DNA of 64,000 bases from Lytechinus pictus (taxonomy: Eukaryota). The notes under the pieces were generated by a model. It made no database searches. It was not told the origin of the DNA and saw nothing but the letters and a program-made list of their open reading frames with translations. Positions 51,101 through 63,784 of the stretch are shown here, in pieces (within the stretch, counting starts at the first letter, position 1; every line of letters starts with the position of its first letter). The stretch covers positions 186,001-250,000 of the forward strand of contig NC_087252.1 in the NCBI RefSeq assembly GCF_037042905.1. The letters are read 5' to 3'. The position numbers were made by a program, and so were the translations under genes.

Positions 51101-54100
51101 TGTCCACAAGTAGGGTGTTTTTTACGCTAACAGACCGGACTATAGGGGTCGAGGATTGTGTTACTGATCAACTGAAAAGTAGAACAGTCCTGGCAAAGGA
51201 CTAGAGCACACTGGGCACTCGCCGCAAGCGGCTCGTGCACAGTGCGGCGCCTAGCTATCTAAAGAAACCTCGCGTGCTCTGCATTTCCACTAACGCACTC
51301 GGCTGCATGCATTATTTGTACCGTATACTGCTGTGCGCTGGCTCGCTCCGCCTTGGCTTCAGCCTGGTGAAACGCTCTACCGGTACGTTCACCGAATTAC
51401 GTACGTGCAGTCGCCGCTGGCTAACGTCAGCTTAATGGACGCCGCCATATTGCCAGATTCAGGCAGATTTGGCCCGCGCCCTCTCCGGCTAACGCTCGGC
51501 TAAAGCTCGAACGCCATTCACCCATACACTAATTCCCCTTGATTACCGTTGTTAAAAACCTCTGTCAAATCTTTTCCAGCATTTTTATGAATTAGCGATT
51601 GTTGTTTTTCCGTTTATCAGATATCCTTCATTATACACATATTTTTTTCATATTTATAACATTTTTATTTTAATCACAATTTTAGTCCAAACGCGGGTCA
51701 GTTTTTGTTAACCCACGTTGTTTGTGCATGCCCACGTATAGCCTTACGCGTATTGAAAGGAATGATGTTGGGTCGAAAAACAGAATTGTTATTGTTTGTT
51801 CCTTGTTTGTTGGGGATGAAACTATGATGGCGACCAGTCACGTTTGACTGTACCGCCAAATAGTTAAGATTAATTAATTAAGGTCAAGGTGAGATAAGAG
51901 AAATGAGCAAGGGGCATTGTGGTGGGGGAGGGGGAGAGGGAGAGAGGGGGGGGGGGTTACGAGGGCCGAGTGGGGATACAGTTTCATCATGCAGTACAGG
52001 GCGTCGATGAACACTTTTATTTTTTTCTCCAAAATATGGAAAGTGACAGAATAATCAGAAAAAGGTTGATTGGTTCTGATTTTGAAAAAAAAAACAGAAT
52101 TTATCAAGATTGCTGTTATTCTTCATGGTTGTAGAATTTAATTTAGTTTCTCTGATAAGTATAATTCTTTCAAACAACTCAAATTTTGATTAATCGTATT
52201 TCATTTATTTCACTCTTTTCTTTCGCCTCGTTTTTTTTTCTTCCAAAAAACCAGGGAGCTGAAAAATATGAGAGCTAGAACCTAAAGATATGGGGTAGCT
52301 ATGACGTTGGAGGGGGCGCAGCCTCATGCACTTGCAGATCCAAATCAATTTTCACAGGGGACAATTAGAGTAGCCCCTATTTCTTTAATATTATTTTTAC
52401 AAGCAAAAAGAAGTCAATGAAGACATCAGGCCACCGACAGCTGCCTCGTCAAAGGGGGGGGGCGGTCGATTATTTTGAGTATTTTTTTTCATTTTGTCCT
52501 CAATAAGGGGGGGGGGTTCAATTAATTCTATATACACTTCTAGATCTATTGTCTTTATATATGGGGGGGTCTGCTACTGAGCATGTTTTTAAAAGGGCTT
52601 AATAAGGGGCTTAATACAACAGAAATTGTACGATTTAATACAATAAAATGTATCATCGAGGTTAATACTAAATTAATACATAATTAATAATTGTTTTAAT
52701 TGAAAATGAAAATAATAAAGGCACCCATAGATCTTAACATCTCATAAATACAGGCCTAAACCTGTATTGGAAGTTGAACAGGCATAAAGTATAAATGTTT
52801 AGCTATATAGCTGATGCTTTGATCCCGCAACCAAATAATGTTATCATAAACTAGTAGATGTTATATCAGTCATGTCAGTGGCGTAACAAGTGAAAATAAT
52901 TGAGGGTACTACGATATGGCGTATCAGGCAAAATTTATAAAATATATAGTTGCAAGCAAGCGACATAAGCATAATTTTGACTTTTGGTTACAAAAATCCA
53001 ATTGAACAATTTCGCAAGATTCTCTTACCTTTTCCTTTTTTTTCTTGTTCGTGAATTGGGGGCATGCAAGACCCCACCCCCCCCCCCCATACAGCACCAC
53101 TCTTTGTTGTCACTGTCTAAAATTTGATTTAAACTTTGAGAATTTGAATTTCTTATCTAAGTAATCCAAAGGGATAAGACAAAAATATTTGCAGATTACT
53201 TATTTCAAAGTATTTTTATACCTATAACTCCCCAACTCTGCTCTAGCTGCACTGCACGTTGCCTAACGGCCTTCCACCAAAGGGCCAGGCCGACTCACCC
53301 CGTGAGCAAGTGACCGCGTTCGCGTAAGTTCACCCGAAGCCATGACTGAATTCTGACCATAAACATCACCTAACTAATCACTCTCTGACAATATTTCAAA
53401 GTATCTTTTATTACAGTCGATCCTTTGGGCCATTAAACGATAATATTTCCAATGTTATCATGACAAACAATTTTAATGAGATAGTGGCATTGTAGAAAAA
53501 ACAAATTTATAAGCACGAAATGGCACCAGATAAATCATCAAACATACAGCGCAGCGTTCGGGACTGGTGAGTGGTACGGCTCTCTTGGAGTTTTCGCCCC
53601 GACGAATTCGGCGAAAACGCTACCATTGCGCCGTGCGAATGTTCAATCTGCGGCTCTCAATCAGAGACTTGAATGTCTCTTTTTGCATTATCGAAAATGT
53701 ATCATAGACTTTGTTTGATTTGTTTACAAGTAAGTTGCATATCCGTCGTGATAATTAGGAAAATCCATGATGTCTTCTTCTAATTCTGTAAAAATTACCT
53801 CTTCAAAGTGCCTGTGTCAGAAAATTGCCGGAAATCGTAAAAACTTGCCTAAAATGTCTCTTTTTGAAAGTTCATCCATGGTCTGGAAAAAAATGTTATA
53901 ATTTATGTAGACGTATACCGTAAACAAATACATCCTCGATCACTGAAATGAAGTGTTTGCTAAGCTTTTATATCTCAGACCGCGTTACCATGGCAACTTG
54001 GGAAAACCTTTATTTTTTACTAATAAAATTCTGGTTTTAAGGGTCATTTTAGAGACATAAAACTAACCATATTTTGAAGTATTGGGTTTAAATTTCACAT

Positions 54101-54164
54101 AAAACTGAATTATCTATGTTTATACTTTCGTATATGAATATTCATATTTCTTGTAGAATCTTAG

Positions 54165-54350
54165 TTTTTGATTGGTCAATGTTTCAGTCATGGATGATAT
54201 CTGAGCGTTAAAAAATCTGAAAATGCGCATTTTATCGGCAACCAACAAGCAAGATGGCGGAACACATTAAGTTGGCGCTATGCACGTACGCGCGAAGCTG
54301 AATGAAATATAAGGTTCTCAGTCTCGCCGCATGCACGGCGCACAATAATT
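54165..54350 (+). promoter_or_regulatory. Housekeeping-type promoter
   Basis: ATTGG at about 54171; YY1-like CAAGATGGCGG 54250-54260; CpG-rich TGCGCA/GCGCGC-type motifs just upstream of the ATG. Confidence 0.45.
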
Positions 54351-54387
54351 ACCGGTAATAATTTAGCTACCTAATCAAGAAGAGGAT

Positions 54388-54599
54388 ATGGCGGACGAGG
54401 AAGGAGGGAGGAAGGAACCGAAGGGTGCCTCTCCAGGTACCCGACTTGTTAGGAGAAGAGAGTATGACAAAGAGTACGAACTTTCGCGAAAGAAGAGGGG
54501 AACAATCAGAGTACATGGTGAGGTTTTCGAGCGCTGGAGTGAGCTACGTGGAGCAAGAGGACTGTCCAATGACCAGTTTTTGTCCCTCTTGCTGGACAT
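54388..54599 (+). CDS. Exon 1 of an uncharacterised gene; N-terminal motif resembling ZNF653/ZNF692/ZFP91-type zinc-finger proteins and some transposon proteins
   Basis: GAT-ATG-GCG start; MADEEGG...RGTIRVHGEVFERWSELRGARGLSNDQFLSLLLD; strong donor AT|GTGAGT at 54600 (phase 2); upstream CpG-rich promoter-like sequence. Confidence 0.7.
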
Positions 54600-55089
54600 G
54601 TGAGTAACTTAAGTTAGAACTAATTTTTTATCGAATTCTTTACACCCTCTTGAGGCTCTTCATTTTATGTCTAACAGTTATAAGGACTTAATCGATATAA
54701 CTTAATTAAGATTCTACCTTGTAATTGATAACTTCCAACACTAACAGTCACCGACATGCACTTCATCTTGGGTAACCCTAACCCAGGCCCAGAGAGCTCC
54801 CGCCCGCGCCCGCGCAGCGGGCGGGAGCCCGGGGGCCGATTGCACGAAAGGGTCTTTGCAAGGACCGTCTTTCGTGTCGCCCATCTTTTATTATGATGCA
54901 CCATGTGAAATGTATTTTAAATAAATTATCTGCAAACATATTTCATTCGTCCGTTAAAATAAACAAAATATTTATTTATAAAATGATGTAATATATCATG
55001 AAATTGTATAAAATTTGATTTAAAAGCAAGCTAACGAATCTTGTTTTTTATCATAAATTTCAGAAACAGGTGGGGACTTAGATTGCGCA

Positions 55090-58065
55090 TGCGTGAGGAG
55101 TCGGACGTCTCTTTTGCTTTCTCTGATTTTTCAAAATTAAATTTCTTGAAAATTCCTTTTGGTCATAGCAAAAGTTGTCTTTTTGCCTTGCATATATATC
55201 TCCAACTTGTTGGAGTGCAGCTAGGAAGGTTTTTTGAGTTTATGCTTGACAAGAAAAGCAGGAATTTACCAGCTAAAAAACGAGTGTGGTTAGCACATCA
55301 GGTCAAGGCCCCCGGTGCATATCAAGGTCAGCGTTTCTCTTTCCCGAAGCCGGGCCGTGCCGGGTGATCGTGGCAGTAGTACAACCAAGGTCAAGCTAAG
55401 GTCATTGGATTTGGAAAGAATGGATGTACTTCACAAAACTTTTTCCAAGCTATCTCCATTTAGCAAAGATAAAAATGAAGACATAAAAAATAATGAAAAT
55501 TATTCAGAGGATGAAGAAGTAGAAATGAAGAAAAATAGCCAACCGTATCCTGGCCAGTATGAAAATGCCCCGGATGTAGAGAACCAAGGCACAGCCGGAG
55601 CTTCGCCGCCCGCACCCAACGACCGTACCGGAGTACGTAGGCAGCAGGGCGAGAAGGGAAAAGTACGAGCAGCTGCAGGAACAAGGAAAGTAAACGAAGG
55701 GGCCAAAGGAAGAGGACCTGATAAAGCCTCCAAGCCAAAAGCCATGCGTTCTGTATCCTTTACAGAATTAAACAAGGCTGCTCAAGAAAACAAGAAAGGT
55801 CAGGAGAAATTGAATAAACTCAAACCTACATCAAAGAAATCATCAGGAAAGAAAGGTGAAGGTGCAAGCACAAGTAAGGATACATATGACTGTGAGTACT
55901 GCCATGAGGAAGGTGTTACACATATGATTGAATGTGAGAGATGGTCACGCATGACCTGCCATTATATGACACTTGACATGTACCATTTCTTCACAAATGA
56001 ATCAAATAGAGCACATTGGTTCTGTGTTGATTGCGAGAAGGAAGCAATTGACGCAGCAAAGTTAAAGGTGAAAAATAAAAAGACAACAACAAACTTATGT
56101 AGTAACGTTGAAAAAGAATTGGGTGAAGCTGTTGGGAAAATCTTACAAAATGCTCAACAGACAATGAAAGAAATGGTTGATGATGGTCTAAAACAGGTGA
56201 AAAAATCCTATGCAGAAGCATGCGAGCAAGGGCTAACCAATGCTGGTTCAGGTCAAGCAAGGCAAAGAGTAACTATACTCCAGAAGTCAGAACTAGAAAC
56301 TGATAAAAGATCTACAAGATATGACAAAACAGTGAAAATATTGGCCATGTTGACACAAATAGTGGCATTGAGAGTGTTGTAAGCATGATCACGATGGAAG
56401 AACTAGTTGACAGAGAGCGAAGGAAAAATAATATTGTATTCTACAATGTACCAGAATCAAAACAAGTTCAGATCCAAGATAGGGTAGCTGAAGACAAGAA
56501 ACTCATTACAGACCTTGTCACAAATAGCCTCAAAGTCAAAGATGTCATCATTAATAAGGCTATCCGTCTTGGAGGTCAAAGGCAAGTTAAGGATAAAGCA
56601 AGAGTTCTGCTTGTACACTTGGAGAACGAGAGCATGAAGAGGGACATTCTAGCAGCATCAAGGAACTTGCGTGAGAATGAAAGATGGAGAAACACGAACA
56701 TTGCTCCTGACATGACGAAGCAGCAGCGTGAAGAGAGCTGGAAGCTACGCCAAGAGCTGAGGGCAAGAAGGGATCAAGGCGAACATAACCTGATGATACG
56801 ACATGGTAAGATAATATCACGATGGAGAAAGAAGGACTTTACAAAAGATGATAGAGCAAAACCAGCCCATCAAGAAGAAAATCTCAGGGAAAATGTGAGT
56901 AATTCATCTCCTCCAACATCTAGCGATGACGTTAGTGATAGTGATATTGAGATAGATGGCACATTTGGAGCAGTTGGTGGGGCTCCTAAAATAGTATGAC
57001 TTGAGGGAGCTACTGGAGAACAAGTGAATAATGGCATACAACTCAACCGAAACAATTTGAAAGTGCTATACACGAATTCTGACTCGTTATTAAACAAAAT
57101 GGAAAATCTACTCATTGTGATTGGGGTGCAAAAACCAGATTTGATTATGATATGTGAAGTAGCACCAAAATCAAGTTTGTTCAAAGCAACCCCGGAAGTG
57201 TTAAGACTAGAGGGATTTCAGACATTTACAAACATTGATCGGGAATCCAGTCTTCGTGGAGTGGTAGTATATATTAGTAATAGACTAAATGCCTATGAAG
57301 TTTTCTTTTCTGTAGACTTTACCGAATCCATATGGTGTTCAATCCAGCTAACTGGAAAAGATAGAATGTTGGTGGGATGTATCTACAGGAGTCCATCAAG
57401 TTCAAAAGAAAATAACAGGAAACTGTGTGATCTTATTAAAGCAGCCAGTGAGAATGGAGAAAAGTACTTATTGATCACTGGAGATTTCAATTATCCCGAA
57501 GTAGACTGGGAGAAGTCATATGTGAAAGCATCGCCCAATCATCCTTCGAACATGTTCCTAACTGCTACTCAAGAATCATTTCTTATACAACATGTATTGG
57601 AACCAACATGTCATAGAAGCGGACAGAAGTCCAACACTTTGGACTTAATGCTTGCTAACTCTGACACCATAGTTACTGCACTGCAATATCTTCCACCTTT
57701 AGGACTTAGTGATCATGTATGCTTATTTGCCCATTTGAATATAGAATTGAGAATTGAGAATTGAGAATTGATTTTATTCTGTCCATTTAGGAAAATATTC
57801 TTGTTGGCATTTACATATACACAGAAATATACAAAATCAAAGCGTAAAGATAAATTCTACAGAATATATATACAATCACACATATTTGAAGAAAAATACA
57901 TAATACAAAATAATTTCAATCAAATCGGTAACATTTTACTCTTAATCATCGTTATTATTAATATAATTATCATTATTATTATTATCAATCTTATTATTAT
58001 CATTATGATTATTATTATTAATTGTATTATTATTATTATTATTATTGTTATTGTCATTGTTATTA

Positions 58066-58117
<52 letters not shown>

Positions 58118-58427
58118 TATTATTATTATTAATATTGTTTCTATTATTACAATTATCAATAATCAATCATTACTATTATCATTATCATTATTACAGGATA
58201 TACAGAAAAAAAAACATACAAAGAAATACAACAAACTACATACAGTCATACAAATAAGGGGAAAATACATAATATAAAATAATTTCACTCAAAATCGGTA
58301 CAACTTTGCTCTTAATTATTGTTATTGTTATTTATTTTCAATATCATTATTATCATTGTCATTATCATTATTATTAATATTATTATTACTATTATCATTA
58401 ATATAATTTTCCTATCATTATTAATTA

Positions 58428-58483
<56 letters not shown>

Positions 58484-60827
58484 CATTATCATCATTATCA
58501 TTCATCATTATTATCATAATCATCATTATAAATATAGATAATGAGAATATAGATAATGACCTGAGAATGTTGGAAACAAAAGAAACTCGTATGATATTTC
58601 AGAAAGGAGATTATGAATCTATGAAACTTTCTCTTGAACCTATCAATTGGGAGGATGAACTTGAATTACTTGATTGTGATCGAGCATGGAATTTGCTGCG
58701 AGAGAAAGTGGAAGTTCTTGTCAAAAAGTATGTTCCAATGAGACAATGTAGTAAAGACAAAAGACGGAACATATATATTACTAAACCAATCCTGAAACTT
58801 TCTAAGAAAAAAGCACGAAACTGGAAACGCTATACCAAAAGTGTTTATAGAAATGAAGACGAGAAACAAGCAGACTTAAATTCATATAAGAAGGCAAGAA
58901 ATGAGCTAAGAAAGGCAACAAGAGCAGCCAGTCGTAACTTTGAAGATGACCTAGTGGAAAGTATCAACTTTAATCCTAAGGCTTTTTGGAGGTACGCAAA
59001 TAGCAAGATTAAAGGTAGAAGTCAGATAGGAAGTCTTTATGATGGATCTCTAGTAGAATCTGATAAGGAAAAGGCAGATGTCCTTAACAAATACTTTTGT
59101 GAAGTATTTACTGTTGAAGACTTACAAAACTTTCCAGATTATGTGACCGGAGTAGACGCTGATATACCTTGTATGGATAAGTTAGGATTTGAAACATCAG
59201 ATGTGATAAAAATGATCAAAACCTTAAATGTGAATAAATCAGCTGGCCCAGACGGGATCCATCCTAAAGTGCTGAAGGAGTTGGGTGAAGTTATTGCAGA
59301 ACCACTATCTATCATATTCAACAAGTCAATGCATGAAGGTAAAATTCCAGCTGACTGGAAAAAGGGAATTGTAATTCCTCTTCCCAAGAAAGGAACTAGA
59401 TCACAGATTTCTAACTACAGACCGGTGAGTCTTACATCGATAGCAGGAAAACTAATGGAAAAGATTGTGAGGAATGCTGTAGTGGATCATTTGCAAAATA
59501 ATCAATTGTTGTATTATAACCAACATGGATTCATCCCAGGACGGTCATGTTCCACACAACTTCTGTATGTGCTTGAAGAATGGACGCAGATGCTTGATGA
59601 AGGGAAGCCAATCGATGTTTTGTACTTAGATTTTCGCAAAGCATTTGACAGTGTTCCCCATGAAAGGCTACTACGTAAACTAGAGAGACACGGAATTACG
59701 GGCCAACTTCTTATCTGGATGCGAGAATTTTTGACAGGAAGAGTTCAGCGTGTACGAGTAAACAGGGAACTATCTCCATGGTCTCCAGTATCAAGCGGAA
59801 TACCGCAAGGGAGTGTTCTCGGACCTATTCTCTTCCTAGTCTTTATCAATGACCTATCATCTTCTGTCAACAAGAGTAATGTTGCTTTATTTGCCGACGA
59901 CACCAAACTTTACAATATAGTGAGTGACTTATCAAAGATCAAAGATCTTCAAGAAGACCTGGATAGACTACAATTATGGTCAGCGAAATGGCAGTTACCT
60001 TTCAATTGCAGTAAATGTAAAGTTCTACACATCAGAAGGAATAATCCAGAAGCAAAATTTTATATGTTGGAACAAGAAGTGAAGTCAGTAGCTACTGAAA
60101 AGGATCTTGGGGTAACAGTTGATAATCAATTGAAATTTCATCAGCATGTGTCTCTAGCTGTTAATAAGGCATACCAACTGCTTGGAATCGTAAAGAGAAC
60201 TTTCACTCAACTAAACAAATCTACCTTGCCCATTCTCTTCAAGACATTAATTAGACCACATCTGGAATATGGGAGCGTCATCTGGAACGGTAGATTTACA
60301 GAACATGCCAAGAAGGTTGAGAGAGTACATACTACAGAGGCGAGCAACAAAACTAGTGAAGGACTTCAGAAACGTACCGTATGAAAGGAGACTCAGGGAA
60401 CTTAACATGTACTCACTCTATTATAGAAGGAGGAGAGGAGATATGATAATGGTCCACCAGATTATGCATGGATTGGTCAACATTTCTCCAGACCATTTCT
60501 TCTCCAAGTCTGGTAGTAACTCTACAAGAGGTCACTCCATGAAATTATTGAAATCCCATAGCAAACTGGATGTGAGAAATAAGTCTTTCAGTAGAAGAGT
60601 CATCAATGACTGGAATAGTCTTCCTGAAAACCTAATACAAATGCCAACAACAGACAAATTTAAAAGAAATATTGATATTTTTTGGCAAAAAAACCACTTT
60701 GAGCTTCCATGACTCCTCACGCAAGCTCATGAAGTAGTAGTTTTCAGTGACCAATCATACAAGAAACGACCGGGAATTACAGGCTTGCGCCTTCATCCCG
60801 TACCAGATGATGATGATGATGATGATG
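55090..60827 (+). mobile_element. Near full-length CR1-type LINE: PHD-finger ORF1, APE-RT ORF2, (GAT)n tail; inactivated
   Basis: ORF1 55420-56999 is broken, with PHD-like CEYC...IECER...HWFCVDC and DRERRKNNIVFYNVPES. APE 57024-57745 (YTNSDSL, CIYRSPS, GDFNYP, SDH). RT 58567-60384 (NYRPVSLTS, LDFRKAFD, GIPQGSVLGP, FADDTK); frameshifted C-terminus to 60712; tail 60806-60827. 5' boundary approximate. Confidence 0.95.
57746..58544 (-). mobile_element. Antisense AT-rich retro-insertion with (ATT)n microsatellites, inside CR1 ORF2
   Basis: Flanked by direct repeat GAATATAGA (57737-57745 and 58545-58553); on the minus strand it ends in AATAAA plus (CAATTCT)n. Confidence 0.75.
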
Positions 60828-60919
60828 AACACCCCCCTTATAGCGTATCATAAAAGATGGGCGACACGAAAGACGGTCCTTAGAAAGACCCTTTCATGCA
60901 ATCGGGCCCAGAAGCTTAA

Positions 60920-61981
60920 GTGTATTTTACACCATTGTCACCGGCACGTACCGGACTAACGTTAGGGTGATTTATGGTCTAAATATTTCTCCAAATGAAT
61001 TGTGAAAACAGAAAGTATACAATTACCACGATTATTCAATTCAATTCAATTTAATAATGGTTTATTCAGTAGACATGTATCGCAGTAAAAAACTGAATTG
61101 ATTATATGGATGAAGGTCTAAGTTCTAACGAGTGGCAGATTCCTGACATCTGGGCACAGTCTGGAACCTCAAAAAAAACCAAAAAGTTCTCTCCTTCTAC
61201 CCCCCCCCCCGTCTCGATCGGCCATTTTTGTGAAAAATCGTAACAAAATGGCCGATCGAGACTGGGTAGAAGCACTCAAGGGTTCATTTCTATTCTGCCT
61301 GTGGGGAATCTACAGGTAGGACTATGGAGTATGGTGTGCCAATGCTGTACACAACACAAACTTAAAAAAATCATTATTTAAAATATCACTTTTGTGACCA
61401 AAAATACTATTTTCCATACAATTGCAATTTATTTATCATTAGTAATTTGGGGGTAATTTTTTTATTCACCAGAGCGCACAAAAAGTTGAATTTTGGGCAT
61501 ATTTTTGTATACGCCCTCTATTGGTGGAAAGTAATATGGCTCTACAATTTTGGTTTTTCAATCTCTATTTTTAATTAAGAAAAAATAATTTAAAGATTCA
61601 AATTTACTTAATAGCCAAGTTATATGATGAATAGCTGTACTGAAACCTGACAGTATAAAAAAATCAAGCATTTGTCTCAAAGAAAAAGAGAAAATGAGCC
61701 AAACATTGCCAACCTTATTTCACCACACAGGGAGGAGTAAATTAAACAGAGAACAAGGTTTTATCATAACCTTGTTCATAGAATGAGTGGGGTAGAAGGA
61801 GAGAACTTTTCGTTTTTTTTAGGTTCCAGTCTGTGCCCAGATGTCAGGAAACTGCCACTCGTTAGACCTTCATCCATATAATCGTGGTAGGCCTAATTGT
61901 ATACTTTCTGTTTTCACAATTCATTTGGAGAAATATTTAGACCATAAATCATCATAGTCCGGTGACAATGGCCAAATACAT
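60920..61981. mobile_element. TIR element with ~200-280-bp inverted arms
   Basis: 60920-61203 is the reverse complement of 61790-61981, with small indels. Confidence 0.8.
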
Positions 61982-63739
61982 GTAACCCAGAGATTTCCCG
62001 CCCGCTGCGCGGGCGGAGCTCTCTGGGTTACATCTTGGGCAACCTCTAACGTTAGCACGACAGCCGCGCGCCCGAACACTACAGGGTACAGTAGTGGCGC
62101 GAGTCCCCGCGCCGCGCCGCGCCCGGGATCAAATTATTCATTTATGCTGTAGAATCTGTTCATTAGTTTTAGATAGCTTTGGACACTCTGCATGAATGTT
62201 GCAGCCTTACCTGTATTGAGCAACCAATGCATGAGTGAATGGCACTACCGGTACTTAATCCTAAAAAGACTGGGCCTGGGGGGGAGGGGGGCTGATTCAG
62301 CCCCCCTCAACATTTTTTGACTGTGCGCTCATTGAGTTTTTGCATTCAAGTCTTGCACAAGTTTTGAGACCAAATTTGCGACCCCCGGGTACGCGGTTTC
62401 GAAATTACGCAAGATTTTGTAACAGCATGCAGAATTGCAGACCCAAAATGGCACAAAAACGTGAATTTGTGTACAAATCCAATTCAAATAGAGTTTTTAG
62501 CCCAAATTCATAAATGTATCATTATTTTTCCTTTTGCAGATTGAAATCAATCAATTCCATCTTATTTATGCTCCAAATAAAGTCCCCAACAATTTCCATA
62601 GAAAAAAACAATAAAAACAGAAAGTCAAAAACCAAGAAATACATAAGAAATTTAGAAAATAAATAAATAAATTTAGAAAATGATTGTGATTTTGAATTTT
62701 TTTGACATTTGATGAGATTCATATAAAGTGTCAGTGTACCAAAAATTAGCATTTTAGGGGCATTATTTAGTTAATTAAAGCAACATTTTGATTTTATGCA
62801 TAAATTAGCATAATTAATTAGCAAAGAGATTTTTCGCACAATTTGATCTAGTAGTTCTGTAGATTATGCCATGGGTAACGCGCGTGCCGAACGACGGCCG
62901 AGACAGTAAGGGGGGCTGAATCAGCCCCCTCCCCCTAGTCTTCTTAGGTATCGAAATAACCCAGTCTATTTAGGGTTAATCATTGTTCTATTTTCTTCCT
63001 GATTACATTTTGCCTAGTCTAGACTTATGAGTATAAAAATATAATCGAGCTTAGATGTAGCTTGTTATTTGCGACTTCAAGTTCAACTCAGTCACACTTC
63101 ACATCCAGATGTCCTTTGATTCTATTTATTTTATAGCTAATCAATCATTATGTTTGATAACATAGATCCAACTCAAGACAGAAATAATGTTTCTGGAGAT
63201 GTACATATTTTTGGAGCAATTTTGGGTCCGACTTGTACTGGTACGAATCGGTATGCTTATGTTGCGTAAACCAAGATATCCGACCATTATAAATTTGGTC
63301 ACAAAAGAAGCGCAGGAATCAAAAGAAAAAAGTAAGCGAGCAGCCCTGTAAAAAAAAATGCAATTAATGGTCATGGAAATTGTCAGGAGGGGGGGGTTGG
63401 TTCAATTACCCCCCCCCCTCCACAGTTCACCGGGTTAGTTTATCAAGGTAATACAAGCCTAATAATTAAATAATGAAGCTATATGAACAGTTTTCAATTG
63501 GCCGTCCCTTTTTCAGATATGTTGTATAGATATTTTGCAAGTGAAAGTTCATGTTTGGAAACAATGGCTGAATAGAAATCAGTGACTATACAATGATGAG
63601 ATATGAGATTGAAAATTGAATAATAATTCTTCAAAGTGATTGTTATAAGGGAAGTTGTGCCAATTCCGATTCTGGAATTAGGAAGATGCGGGTACTATAG
63701 ATATTATTTCAGAAGTCCATATTACTGTTATCTTTTTAG

Positions 63740-63784
63740 GTCTGAAGAAAAGGAAGTAACGACTGACTCAGAGCAATCAGTGGT
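63740..63784 (+). CDS. Candidate exon 2 of the gene starting at 54388
   Basis: tctttttag| acceptor and |gtaagt donor; 45 nt, in frame with exon 1 (AT+G): M-SEEKEVTTDSEQSV. Confidence 0.5.

Larger units (their letters stand above)
45507..51203. mobile_element. 5.7-kb non-autonomous DNA transposon with 9-bp TSD and TAGTC...GACTA ends (AcademH-like)
   Basis: TSD GAGCACACT at 45498-45506 and 51204-51212; an uninterrupted copy of the target site is visible near 45105. Terminal mini-hairpins at both ends; no transposase ORF. Confidence 0.75.

Noticed and set aside
53270..53345. Possible minus-strand exon (GG|GTGAGT donor near 53298) implying a bidirectional promoter
   Set aside because: No supportable ORF or downstream exon found.
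57768..58519. Poly-Ile/Asn/Leu ORFs
   Set aside because: Translations of (ATT)n microsatellites.
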